Origin: Dehalococcoidia bacterium
Lineage (GTDB): Bacteria; Chloroflexota; Dehalococcoidia; UBA2979
Assembly (NCBI GenBank): GCA_965207415.1
Contig: CBDBMD010000003.1
Location: forward strand, 2,480,991-2,544,990
Direction of reading: 5' to 3'
Length of the DNA: 64,000 nt
Shown here: piece by piece, positions 21,252 through 34,509 of the stretch
Numbering within the stretch: position 1 is the stretch's first letter
Layout: each line of letters starts with the position of its first letter
The notes under the pieces: model-generated
The model's input: only the letters and a program-made list of their open reading frames with translations
Told to the model about the DNA's origin: nothing
Databases searched by the model: none
Position numbers and translations under genes: made by a program

Positions 21252-22084
21252 CTAACGCGCCTTCGCGCGGCTGCGCCGCCGGCGCGCCCGTGTCGAGCCC
21301 TCGATCACCTCGCGGTCGTCGCGGTGGGGCCGGCGGATCTCGCGCGGGACGCGCTCCGCCTCCAGGCGCGAGAGCAGCGCCAGCGCCTTGCGCGTGTCCG
21401 AGGCGACACGCGCCGGCTCCGCCAAGCGGAAGCGGAACTTCGAACACCAGTAGGTGAACGCCCGCAGTTGCGACTGCATCGCGCGCTGCGGCAGCACGTC
21501 GCCCGTCTCCGCGCGGTACTCCACCTGCAGCTCCGCCAGCGTGCGCCCGTAGACCCGCTCGTAGGCCGCGACATCGGGCGGGCTCCCGCGCGGACCCTCG
21601 AGGTTGCGCGCCTTCACCAGCTCAAGCTCCGCCTGCAGCAGCAGCACCTCCTCGACGGTCACGCCGTACTGGAAGTTGAGGTGCGCGCGGTGCTTCTCGT
21701 GGCCGATCGCGCGGGCGAACGCTTCCTCGCTGTCGTCGTACCCGCGCGGCGGCTTGCCATCGAACAGCAGCCGCTCCGCTTCGGCGGCCGGAATCGCCTT
21801 GCCTGCGGCGTCGATCAGCCGCTCGGCGAGACGCAGCCAGTCGAACGCCTCGCCGGCGATCAGGTAGCGGTAAACGACGCCGTCCGCCTCCTCCTCCGGC
21901 GTCACCCAGCGCGCGATCACGTCGAGCAGCGCCGGGTACCACGGCTCGCCGCGTTCGAGCGCGTCGAGGAATGTGCGCACGCCCTCCTCGGCCTCGAGCG
22001 GCGCAGGAGGCTCGGAGTCGGCGGGGCCGGAGCCGTTGGCCTCGGCGTGCGCACGCTCGCGCGTGGCGGTGCGGCGAGCGGGGC

Positions 22085-22090
<6 letters not shown>
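21252..22090 (-). CDS. hypothetical protein (about 279 aa) translationally coupled to secA, basic C-terminal tail
   Basis: Its GTG start overlaps the secA TGA stop (GTGA). Coherent acidic/aromatic composition ([22 protein letters not shown]). No family recognised. The upstream part of the track ORF is a secA antisense artefact. Confidence 0.4.
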
Positions 22091-24679
<2,589 letters not shown>

Positions 24680-24699
24680 GTTGCCTCCTCAGGGGCGGT

Positions 24700-25632
24700 T
24701 CAGCGGAACAGGTCGCTGATCGAGCCCCCGGTGTGGATGCGGTGGATCGCGTCGCCGAAGAGCGGCGCGATCGAGAGTACTTTCGTCGGCGCCTGCGTGA
24801 ACGCGTCGTCGGCGACCGGCAACGTGTCCGTGAAGATGATCTCGGAGATCTCCGCCGTGTCGAGCCGCTGGAAGGCCGGCCCCGCGAACAGCGGGTGCAC
24901 GCAGCCGACGTAGATCGAGCGCGCGCGGTGCCGCCGCAGCAGCTCGAGGGCGCTCGCCACCGTGCCGCCCGTCAGGATCTCGTCGTCGATGATGATCGCG
25001 TCGGCGTCCTCGGCCTCGCCGATCAGCGTCAGCGCCTCGGCCTGCTCGTCGTTGCCGGAGCGGCGCTTGTCGACGATCGCCAGGCCGGCGCCGAGCCGCC
25101 CGGCGACGTCGCGCGCGCCCTTGGCGCCGCCCACGTCGGTGGCGACGACCACCGGGTTCGCGAGGTTCAGCGAGCGGAAGTACTCGGCGAGCAGGGGCTG
25201 CGCGTGCAACTCGTCCACCGGGATGTTGAAGAACCCCTGGATCTGCCCCGCGTGCAGGTCCATGGTCAGCAGCCGGTCCGCCCCGGCCACCTCGATGAAG
25301 TTGGCGATCAGGCGCGCGCTGATCGGCACGTGCGGCTGGTCCTTCTTGTCGGAGCGGCCGTACGCGAAGTACGGCATGACCGCGGTGATGCGCCCGGCCG
25401 AGGCGCGCTTCGCGGCGTCGATCATGATCAGCAGCTCCATCAGCCGCGTGTTCACCGGCGAGCCGATCGGCTGGATCAGGAAGACATCGCGCTCGCGGAT
25501 GTTCTGCAGGAAGCGCACGAAGATGTTCTCGTTCGAGAACTCGAACACCTCGCACTCGCCGAGCGGCATCTCGAGGTGGCGACAGACGGCCTCGGCGAAC
25601 GAGCGATGCGCGTTGCCCGTGAAAACGGCCAT
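24700..25632 (-). CDS. prs: ribose-phosphate pyrophosphokinase (PRPP synthetase)
   Basis: MAVFTGNAHRSFAEAV N-terminus, a PRPP-binding loop (DLHAGQIQGFF) and the VVATDVGGAKGARD motif. Start MAVFTG preferred. Confidence 0.9.
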   Translation of the reverse strand: MAVFTGNAHRSFAEAVCRHLEMPLGECEVFEFSNENIFVRFLQNIRERDVFLIQPIGSPVNTRLMELLIMIDAAKRASAGRITAVMPYFAYGRSDKKDQPHVPISARLIANFIEVAGADRLLTMDLHAGQIQGFFNIPVDELHAQPLLAEYFRSLNLANPVVVATDVGGAKGARDVAGRLGAGLAIVDKRRSGNDEQAEALTLIGEAEDADAIIIDDEILTGGTVASALELLRRHRARSIYVGCVHPLFAGPAFQRLDTAEISEIIFTDTLPVADDAFTQAPTKVLSIAPLFGDAIHRIHTGGSISDLFR

Positions 25633-25807
25633 CTCACTAAACACGAACGCGCCACCTGCTCCGCGCACTCAGCTCGCTCCTGTCGCACGCTCCCGCAGAC
25701 GCGGGCAAGGGTCCCGGGCGCGCCAAACACCGTGTGACGGAGGCTGGGCCGGGGCTTCCTCGATGGTACCATGACGCATCCGCACGGCACGCGCCCAGGC
25801 CCCGGAG

Positions 25808-26992
25808 GTGCGCCCCGCCATGGACTTCGCCCTCACCCCCGAGGAAGCGCGTTTCGGCGAGGATCTGCGCGCCGTCCTCGCCGATCTGCTGCCCGCCGAC
25901 TGGGCGCAGCGCGGCCTGATCGAGCCCGCCGACTCAGCCGAGCGCGCCGCCCTCGCGGAGCGCGTCGCGCGCGCCCTCGGCGAGCGCCGCTGGCTGGCGA
26001 TGGCCTGGCCGCGCGAGTTCGGCGGCCTCGACGCCTCCTACATGCAGCAGTACGTGCTCAACGAGGAGCTCGCCTACCGGGACGCGCCCGGCGGAGGCGG
26101 CGTCGGCGTCTCCTCGGCCGGCCCGGCGATCATGCAGCACGGCAGCGAGGAGCAGCGGCGCCTCTACCTGCCGCGTATCGCCGCCGGCGAGGACCGCTGG
26201 TGCGCCCTCTACTCCGAGCCGGGCGCGGGCTCCGACCTCGCCTCGATCCAGACGCGCGCCGTGCGCGACGGCGACGAGTACGTGATCAACGGCCTCAAGA
26301 CCTGGGTCGCGGGCGCGGAGCACGCGACGATGGGCTGGCTCGCCGCCCGCACCGACCCGGGCGCCCCCAAGCATCGAGGCCTCTCCACGTTCGCCCTGCC
26401 GATGGACACGCCGGGCGTCGAAATCCGCCCGATCGAGAACCTCGCCGGCGAGCGCCAGCTCGCCGAGGTGCAGCTGCACGACGTGCGCATCCCGATCGAG
26501 CAGCGCGTCGGGCCCGAGCACCGCGGCTGGTACCACGTCGCCTCGACGCTCGACTTCGAGCGCTCCGGCGTGGCCGCCTTCGCCCGCGGCAAGCGACACA
26601 TCGAGGGCCTCGTGCGTTTCGCGCACGAGCACACGAACGAGGACGAGCGCCGCGAGCAGGTGCGCTACGAGCTGGCCGACCGCTGGATCGAGCTGGAGGT
26701 CGGTTTCAACGTCGCGCAGCGCATCCCCTGGATGCAGACGCAGGGCATCTCGCCGAACCACGAGGCGTCCGTCTCGAAGGTCTACGGCTCCGAGCTCACC
26801 CAGCGCATCGCCGGCACGGGCGTGCGCCTCTTCGGCCTCGCGGGCCTGATCGCCCCCGGCGGCGCCGACGCGCCCGCGGGCGGCGCCTTCGCCCGCCACT
26901 ACCTGACGTCAACAGGCGCCACGATCGAGGCGGGCACCTCCGAGATCCAGCGCAACATCATCGCCCAACGCGGGCTGGGGCTGCCGCGGTAG
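25808..26992 (+). CDS. acyl-CoA dehydrogenase family protein
   Basis: 394 aa. Length and composition fit the N-terminal alpha, middle beta and C-terminal alpha ACAD domain organisation; motifs WLAARTDPGAPKHRGLS and YGSELTQRIAG fit the ACAD fold. Also carries a catalytic-base-region motif EIQRNIIAQRGLGL. Confidence 0.85.
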   Translation: MRPAMDFALTPEEARFGEDLRAVLADLLPADWAQRGLIEPADSAERAALAERVARALGERRWLAMAWPREFGGLDASYMQQYVLNEELAYRDAPGGGGVGVSSAGPAIMQHGSEEQRRLYLPRIAAGEDRWCALYSEPGAGSDLASIQTRAVRDGDEYVINGLKTWVAGAEHATMGWLAARTDPGAPKHRGLSTFALPMDTPGVEIRPIENLAGERQLAEVQLHDVRIPIEQRVGPEHRGWYHVASTLDFERSGVAAFARGKRHIEGLVRFAHEHTNEDERREQVRYELADRWIELEVGFNVAQRIPWMQTQGISPNHEASVSKVYGSELTQRIAGTGVRLFGLAGLIAPGGADAPAGGAFARHYLTSTGATIEAGTSEIQRNIIAQRGLGLPR

Positions 26993-27052
26993 GGGAGTGT
27001 CCGCTACCGCAACCCTGCACGACCGCTACACGATCGAAAGTGAAGGTGCCGC

Positions 27053-27328
27053 ATGGCGCGGGTGCACATCACGATTCCCGACGAGGATCGTGACCGGTTC
27101 GTCTCCCAGGCGCGACGAGAGGGCATGACGCTCAGCGCATGGCTGCGCGCGGCTGCCCACGAGCGCCTCGAGCCCCGCACAGAGGTGAGACGCCTCAGGA
27201 CACCCGATGAGCTCGAAGCGTTCTTCCGCGAGTGCGATGCGAACGCCGGGCCGGGCCGCAAACCGGACTGGGAGGAGCACCTCGCGACTGTGCGCGAGTC
27301 GCGGCTCGGCGGGATCGTCGACGCGTGA
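27053..27328 (+). CDS. orphan ribbon-helix-helix (CopG-like) antitoxin-like protein
   Basis: 91 aa. MARVHITIPDEDRDRFVSQARREGMTLSAWLRAAAHERL is an RHH signature. No intact toxin follows; only a 27-codon GTG-initiated ORF before the dnaE leader. Confidence 0.45.
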   Translation: MARVHITIPDEDRDRFVSQARREGMTLSAWLRAAAHERLEPRTEVRRLRTPDELEAFFRECDANAGPGRKPDWEEHLATVRESRLGGIVDA

Positions 27329-27511
27329 TCCTCGTCGCTCGACGGACCCACACCTTCGACGCCGCCCTCGCCGAGGCGGTCGCCGCACCCGGGGGCAGCG
27401 GCTGACGCCTCCCGACCATTGACAGCCCTTCCCCGATCCGGCAATCTGCGGTTAGCTCCCGCACGCGCGTTCGCGTAACGACATAAGCAGATTGTCGGTA
27501 CCCACGAGCCG

Positions 27512-30500
27512 ATGTTTACGCACCTCCATACACACTCCGAGTACTCACTGCTGGACGGGCTCAGCACCATCCCGGACCTCGTCGCGCGCGCGAAGGCGCT
27601 CGGCCAGGACGCGCTGGCGATCACCGACCACGGCAACCTGCACGGGGCCCTCCAGTTCTACGAGGAGGCCCGCGCCAACGAGCTCAAGCCGATCATCGGC
27701 CTCGAGGGCTACGTCGCGCCCGGCAGCCGCTTCGACCGCAGCGCCGCCTCGCGCACCCCCTTCCACCTCACCCTGCTCGCGCAGAACGAGACCGGCTACC
27801 GCAACCTGCTCAAGCTCTCCACGGCCTCCCACCTCGAGGGCTTCTACTACCGCCCGCGCGTCGACCGCGAGCTGCTCGAACGGCACAACGAGGGCCTGAT
27901 CGCGCTCTCCGCCTGCCCCTCCGGCGAGGTGATGACGGCGCTCCAGGAGGAGCGCGAGCCCGACGCGCGCGAAGCCCTCGGCTGGTACGCCGACGTCTTC
28001 AAGGACCGCTACTACGTCGAGTTGCAGGAGCACGGCCAGGAGCAGTTCAGCCGCCTCAACCCGCGGCTCGTCTCGCTCGCCCGCGACCTCGACCTGCCGC
28101 TGGTGCTGACCAACGACTCGCACTACACCACGCCCGAGCAGGAGCACCCGCACGACGTGCTGCTCTGCATCGGCACCAACTCGACGATCCACGAGACCGA
28201 TCGCATGAAGCTCGAGAGCGGCACCTTCTACCTCCGCTCCGAGGAGGAGATGCGCGCGCTCCTGCCCGAGCTGCCCGACGCCTGCGACGCCACCGCGCGC
28301 ATCGCCGAGCAGGTCGACATCCAGCTCGACTTCGGGCGCACGCTGCTGCCCGATCCCGGCATCCCGGAGGGCATGACCGCCGACAGCTACCTGCGGCAGC
28401 TCTGCGAGGAAGGCCTCGAGCGACGCTACCGCGACCCCGGCGAGGACCAGCGGGAGCGGCTCCGCTACGAACTCGCGGTGATCGAAGAGACCGGGTTCGC
28501 GGAGTACATCCTGATCGTCCGCGACATCGCCCGCTTCGCCCGCGAGCAGCGCATCCCGATGGGCGTGCGCGGCTCGGCGGCCGCCTCGATCGTCCTCTAC
28601 TGCCTGGACGTCACCGACATCGAGCCGACGCAGTACCGCCTCGTCTTCGAGCGCTTCCTCAACCCCGAGCGGCGCGAGATGCCGGACGTGGACTTCGACT
28701 TCGCCGACGACCGCCGCGAGGAGGTGATCCGCTACGCCGCCGAGCGCTACGGTCGCGACCGCGTCGCGCAGATCGTCACCTTTGGGACGCTCGGCGCGAA
28801 GGCCGCGATCCGCGACACCGGGCGCGCCCTGGGCATGTCCTACGGCGAGGTCGACCGGGTCGCGCGGCTCGTGCCGAACTCGCTCGGCATCACCCTCGAC
28901 CAGGCGCTCAGCGAGGTCGAGGAGCTGCGCCGCGCGACCGAGGAGGACCAGGCCGTCGCCGAGCTGCTCGACACGGCACGCAGTCTCGAGGGCGTCGCGC
29001 GCCACGCCAGCACCCACGCCGCCGGCATCGTGATCTCGCGCGAGCCGCTGGTCGACGTCGCGCCGTTGCAGCGCGCCACCTCCAGCCGCGACGACGACGA
29101 GCAGCCGCTGCCGACGACGCAGTTCGACATGAACGATGTCGCGAAGATCGGGCTGCTCAAGCTCGACTTCCTCGGCCTGGCGAACCTCACGATCCTCGGC
29201 CGCGCCGCCGACCTGATCGGCGCGCACCTCGACGAGCCGCTCGACCTCGAGACGATCCCCGACGGGGACGAGGAGACGGCGCGGCTGCTGCGCGAGGGCC
29301 GCACGTTCGGCGTCTTCCAGCTGGAGGGCAGCGGGATGCGGCGCTGGGTGACGGAGCTGCAGCCGCGCGACATCCGCGAGCTCGCGGCGATGATCGCCCT
29401 CTACCGCCCCGGCCCGATGGAGCACATCCCGCGCTACATCGAGGTCAAGCACGGCCGCGCGGAGCCGCACTACCCGCACGAGGATCTCGCGGGCGTCCTC
29501 GACGAGACCTACGGGGTGATCACCTACCAGGACCAGGTGCTGGAGATCGCGCGCACCTTCGCCGGCTACTCGCTCGGCCACGCCGACGTGATGCGCAAGG
29601 CGATGGGCAAGAAGATCCCGGAGGTGATGCTCGCCGAGCGCGACAGCTTCATCGAGGGCGCGCTCGCCAACGGCTACGACCAGCGCCTCGCGGAGCAGCT
29701 GTTCGACATGATCGAGCCGTTCGCGGGCTACGCCTTCAACAAGGCGCACGCCTTCTCCTACGGGGTGATCGCCTACCGCACGGCCTGGCTGAAGGCGCAC
29801 TACCCGGTGCAGTTCATGACCGCCGTGCTGATGGCCGCGGGCGCGCACCCCACGGGCGCGCAGGACCGCATCGCCGCGGCGATCGCGGAGTGCCTGCGCC
29901 TCGGCATCTCCGTGCTGCCGCCCGACGTGAACCGCTCCGGCGTCAACTTCGCGATCGAGCGCCTCGGCGACCCCGCAACCGGCGAGGAGCCGGCGATCCG
30001 CTTCGGGATGGCGCAGATCAAGAACGTCGGCGCGGCCGCCGTCGAGGGCCTGGTCGCCGAGCGCGAGAAGGACGGCCCGTTCGCCTCGATCGAGGACTTC
30101 GCGCGGCGCGTCAACGCGCGCGACTGCAACCGCCGCGTGCTCGAATCGCTCGCCAAGGCCGGCGCGCTCGACTGCCTCGGCTCAGACGGGGTGGACCGCT
30201 CCGCGATCGTCTTCGGCGTGGACCGCATCCTCACGGTCGCGCAGGAGGCGCAGCGCCAGCGCGACACCGGCCAGACCTCGATGTTCGACCTGTTCGGCGA
30301 CGAGGTGGACACGCCGCTGCCGGCGCTGGAGCTCGAGCCCGTCACCACGCCACAGCGCGAACTGCTGGGCTGGGAACGCGAGCTGCTCGGCGCCTACGTC
30401 TCGGCGCACCCGTTTCGGGAGGCGGCGCAGCACCTCGTCGAGTACGTCACGCACCAGACGCCGGAGCTGACGGCGGAGCTCGCCGGCCTCGAGGCGGTCG

Positions 30501-31321
30501 TGGCCGGGATGGTGACGGGCGTGCGGCGGCTGACGACGCGCCAGGGCAAGGCCTTCGCCGCCGTCACCGTCGAGGATCTGAGCGGCACCGCGGAGCTCAC
30601 GGTCTGGCCCGACTCCTACGAGCAGCACCAGGGCCTGCTGGTGCACGGCAACGTGCTGCTGGCGAAGGTGGAGGTGCGCGAGCGGGGCGACCGCCTCACG
30701 CTCGCTGTCGCCGCCCTCGCCTCGTACGACCAGGACGCCGGCAGACCGCTGAACTTCGACCCGTCGCAGTTCGTGCCGTCGCGAGGCCGGCGGCGGCAGC
30801 GCGGCGCGGACCGGGCGGCTGCCAATGGCGCCAACGGGAACGGCGCGGCGCCCAAGCTCGAGGCCGTCCCGCCGGTGCCAGAGGCAACCGCGAACGGAAA
30901 CGGAAACGGGCACGGCGTCCCGGCCGCGGCTCCGCGGCCGGGCAACGGGATGCACGGCTCGGCAGCCGCGGCGAACGGCGGGCGGCGCAACGGCGCGACG
31001 GGCGGCCGGCGAGCGCGCCCCACTCCGCCACCGGACGGGCCGGAGCGGCTCTGGATCCTCATCGAGGAAACGACGGACAGCGGCGCGGACCGCCGCCGCC
31101 TCGGGAGGATCGTGCAGCTGCTCGAGGCCCACCCCGGCGCGCAGCCGGTGGAGATCGAGCTGCAGGCGCAGGACGGCCGCAGCGAGCGCTTGCGCCTGCC
31201 TCCCGTCGCCGACATCGGGGCGCTGCTCCCCGAGCTGAAGCCGCTGCTCGGCGTGCTCGGCAGCGCCGCATACGCCGGCGAAGCGCAGTCCGCCGCACTC
31301 TCGACCGCCGAGGCGATCTAG
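27512..31321 (+). CDS. dnaE: DNA polymerase III alpha subunit DnaE with extended low-complexity C-terminus
   Basis: PHP domain MFTHLHTHSEYSLLDG, a polymerase core and an OB-fold region. At 1269 aa it is about 100 aa longer than typical, owing to an NGNGNG/Ala/Pro-rich insertion and a distinct terminal domain. Confidence 0.95.
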   Translation: MFTHLHTHSEYSLLDGLSTIPDLVARAKALGQDALAITDHGNLHGALQFYEEARANELKPIIGLEGYVAPGSRFDRSAASRTPFHLTLLAQNETGYRNLLKLSTASHLEGFYYRPRVDRELLERHNEGLIALSACPSGEVMTALQEEREPDAREALGWYADVFKDRYYVELQEHGQEQFSRLNPRLVSLARDLDLPLVLTNDSHYTTPEQEHPHDVLLCIGTNSTIHETDRMKLESGTFYLRSEEEMRALLPELPDACDATARIAEQVDIQLDFGRTLLPDPGIPEGMTADSYLRQLCEEGLERRYRDPGEDQRERLRYELAVIEETGFAEYILIVRDIARFAREQRIPMGVRGSAAASIVLYCLDVTDIEPTQYRLVFERFLNPERREMPDVDFDFADDRREEVIRYAAERYGRDRVAQIVTFGTLGAKAAIRDTGRALGMSYGEVDRVARLVPNSLGITLDQALSEVEELRRATEEDQAVAELLDTARSLEGVARHASTHAAGIVISREPLVDVAPLQRATSSRDDDEQPLPTTQFDMNDVAKIGLLKLDFLGLANLTILGRAADLIGAHLDEPLDLETIPDGDEETARLLREGRTFGVFQLEGSGMRRWVTELQPRDIRELAAMIALYRPGPMEHIPRYIEVKHGRAEPHYPHEDLAGVLDETYGVITYQDQVLEIARTFAGYSLGHADVMRKAMGKKIPEVMLAERDSFIEGALANGYDQRLAEQLFDMIEPFAGYAFNKAHAFSYGVIAYRTAWLKAHYPVQFMTAVLMAAGAHPTGAQDRIAAAIAECLRLGISVLPPDVNRSGVNFAIERLGDPATGEEPAIRFGMAQIKNVGAAAVEGLVAEREKDGPFASIEDFARRVNARDCNRRVLESLAKAGALDCLGSDGVDRSAIVFGVDRILTVAQEAQRQRDTGQTSMFDLFGDEVDTPLPALELEPVTTPQRELLGWERELLGAYVSAHPFREAAQHLVEYVTHQTPELTAELAGLEAVVAGMVTGVRRLTTRQGKAFAAVTVEDLSGTAELTVWPDSYEQHQGLLVHGNVLLAKVEVRERGDRLTLAVAALASYDQDAGRPLNFDPSQFVPSRGRRRQRGADRAAANGANGNGAAPKLEAVPPVPEATANGNGNGHGVPAAAPRPGNGMHGSAAAANGGRRNGATGGRRARPTPPPDGPERLWILIEETTDSGADRRRLGRIVQLLEAHPGAQPVEIELQAQDGRSERLRLPPVADIGALLPELKPLLGVLGSAAYAGEAQSAALSTAEAI

Positions 31322-31381
31322 CGCCCCTCCAGCCGTAACGTCCGCGCAGCGCTTGAGAAGATCGGGCGCTACTATCGGCCC

Positions 31382-33418
31382 GTGCTACGAATCACCCCCG
31401 AGGCACGGCGAACTGCAAGGCGGCTTCGCGAGGTCCTGACCCGGCGCATCGAGCGCTCGCCCCGCGCGGGGCCGATGGTGCTCGCAGCCGTCGTCGGGCT
31501 CGGCGCCGGACTTGCGGCCGTCGGCTTCTCGATCCTCGTCGAGCTGAGCGACCGCTTCTTCTTCGACATCCTCAAGGACGAGTGGCTGGGCGGACTGCCC
31601 AACGCGCGGCTGATCCTGATCCCCGCCATCGGCGGGCTGCTCGTCGGGCCGATTACCTACCTCCTGGCGCCGGGCGCGCGCGGCCACTCGGTCCCCGAGG
31701 TCATGGCCGCCCTCGACTCGCGCGGCGGGCGGCTGCCCGCCACCGACGCCGTCGCGAAGATCGCAGCTGCGACGATCACGATCGGATCGGGCGGCGCCGT
31801 AGGGAGGCAGGGGCCGGTCGTCTTCATCGGCGCGGCGTTCGGCTCGCTCGCCGGGCGCGTCCTGCTGCTGAACGAGCAGACGATGCGGCTGCTGGCCGCA
31901 GCGGGCGCGGCGGGCGGGGTGGCGGGCGTCTTCAACGCGCCGATCGCCGGCGTCTTCTTCGCGCTCGAGGTGCTGCTGCGGCGCTTCACCACGCGCAACT
32001 TCAGCGTCGTCGTGCTCGCCTCGATCGTCGCCACGGTCACCGCGATCGGGTTGCGCGGCGACGAGCTTGCGATCCCCGTCCCGACCCACCAGCACCTGAC
32101 AAGCATCGGGGAGGCCCCGCTCTACGCCGTGCTCGGCGTGCTCTGCGGAGTCGTCGGCGTTGCCTTCATCCGCGTCTTCTACTGGACCGAGGACGGGTTC
32201 ACGCGCCTCTCCGGGCTGCCGGGCTGGCTCCTCCCGGCGGTCGGCGGCGCTATGGTCGGCGCGCTGGCGCTCATCGACGGCAGCATCCTCGGTATCCGCG
32301 AGATCGCACGCGACGAAGCGCTGGCCGGCCACACCCCCCTCGCCCCATTGCTCGTGTTGCTCGTGCTGAAGATGGCGGCGACCTCGCTCACCGCCGGCAG
32401 CGGAGGCAGTGGCGGCGTCTTCTTCCCGACGCTGTTCATCGGGGCAATGGTGGGCGGCGTGTTCGAGGAGGTCGCCGTCCACGTCTTCCCCGGCATCGTC
32501 GATCACTCCGGGACGTACGCGACCGTGGGGATGGCCGCCGCGTTCGCCGCCGCCTCGCGCGCCCCGATCACCTCGACGCTGATCCTCGTGGAGATGACCG
32601 ACGACTTCGACCTGATGGTGCCGCTGCTGATCTCCATCACCATGGCCACCGTCGTCTCGCAGCTGCTCAGCCGCGGCACGATCTACTCGATCAAGGCGGA
32701 GCGCCTCGGCGTCGCCATCGAGGAGGACGTGGAGCCCTCGGAGGTGATGGCGCAGCTGCGCGTCTCCGACGCGATGTCGCCGATGATGGAGGCCTTCGGC
32801 CCCGATGCCACCCTCGACGAGATCACGCTCGCCTTCGAGGGCGACCCGGATCCGATCGCCCTCGTCGTGCGGGAGAACGGCGAGATCTACGGCATCCTGA
32901 CCGGCGCCGACATCGGCGAGGCGCTCGCCCACGACGAGCAGAACGCCACGGCAGCCGATATCTGCTCGACGCACCTGCGCACGATCCATCCGGATCAGAC
33001 GCTGCACGAAGCGCTCAACCTTTTCGCCTCGCAGGACGTGCGCGCACTGCCGGTGGTGGAGCCCGACCGGCCGTGGCATCCCGCCGGGCTGCTGCGCCGC
33101 GCCGACATCATGCGCGCCTACGCCGAGGCCGTGGACCGCCGCGCCTCGCGCTCGCGGCGGCAGCGCCTGCGCCCCGTGCGGCGCAGCGACAACGTGCGCT
33201 ACCTGGAGCTGCGCGTCTCGCACGAGAGCGGCCTCGACGGCAAGGAGCTCTCCGCCATCGACCTCACCGAGGACGCGGTTATCGTCGCCGTCCGCCACGA
33301 GGGCGCCACGCTGATCCCTCGCGGCCATACGCGGCTCGCCGAGGGCGATCGCGTCACGATCATCGCCAGCGCCGAGGCGGTCGCCGAGGTGCGAGCCACC
33401 TTCGAGGGCCACTCCTGA
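31382..33418 (+). CDS. ClC family chloride channel / H+-Cl- exchanger with CBS pair and C-terminal TrkA-C (RCK_C) domain
   Basis: Selectivity-filter-like GSGGAVGRQGP and a second GSGGSGGVFFPTLFIG segment. CBS domains follow, and a C-terminal RCK_C-like VRHEGATLIPRGHTRLAEGDRVTIIA. Confidence 0.85.
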   Translation: MLRITPEARRTARRLREVLTRRIERSPRAGPMVLAAVVGLGAGLAAVGFSILVELSDRFFFDILKDEWLGGLPNARLILIPAIGGLLVGPITYLLAPGARGHSVPEVMAALDSRGGRLPATDAVAKIAAATITIGSGGAVGRQGPVVFIGAAFGSLAGRVLLLNEQTMRLLAAAGAAGGVAGVFNAPIAGVFFALEVLLRRFTTRNFSVVVLASIVATVTAIGLRGDELAIPVPTHQHLTSIGEAPLYAVLGVLCGVVGVAFIRVFYWTEDGFTRLSGLPGWLLPAVGGAMVGALALIDGSILGIREIARDEALAGHTPLAPLLVLLVLKMAATSLTAGSGGSGGVFFPTLFIGAMVGGVFEEVAVHVFPGIVDHSGTYATVGMAAAFAAASRAPITSTLILVEMTDDFDLMVPLLISITMATVVSQLLSRGTIYSIKAERLGVAIEEDVEPSEVMAQLRVSDAMSPMMEAFGPDATLDEITLAFEGDPDPIALVVRENGEIYGILTGADIGEALAHDEQNATAADICSTHLRTIHPDQTLHEALNLFASQDVRALPVVEPDRPWHPAGLLRRADIMRAYAEAVDRRASRSRRQRLRPVRRSDNVRYLELRVSHESGLDGKELSAIDLTEDAVIVAVRHEGATLIPRGHTRLAEGDRVTIIASAEAVAEVRATFEGHS

Positions 33419-33496
33419 TCCACCCTTCGCGCCCGGCGCGCTCAAGCAGGTAGACTGGACCCGTAGCCCCTTCCTGCCCGTCCGAAACGGAAGGCG

Positions 33497-34507
<1,011 letters not shown>

Positions 34508-34509
34508 CC

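Noticed and set aside
27545-29848. 767-aa minus-strand ORF antisense to dnaE
   Set aside because: Antisense to the PHP and polymerase domains of DnaE; composition artefact.
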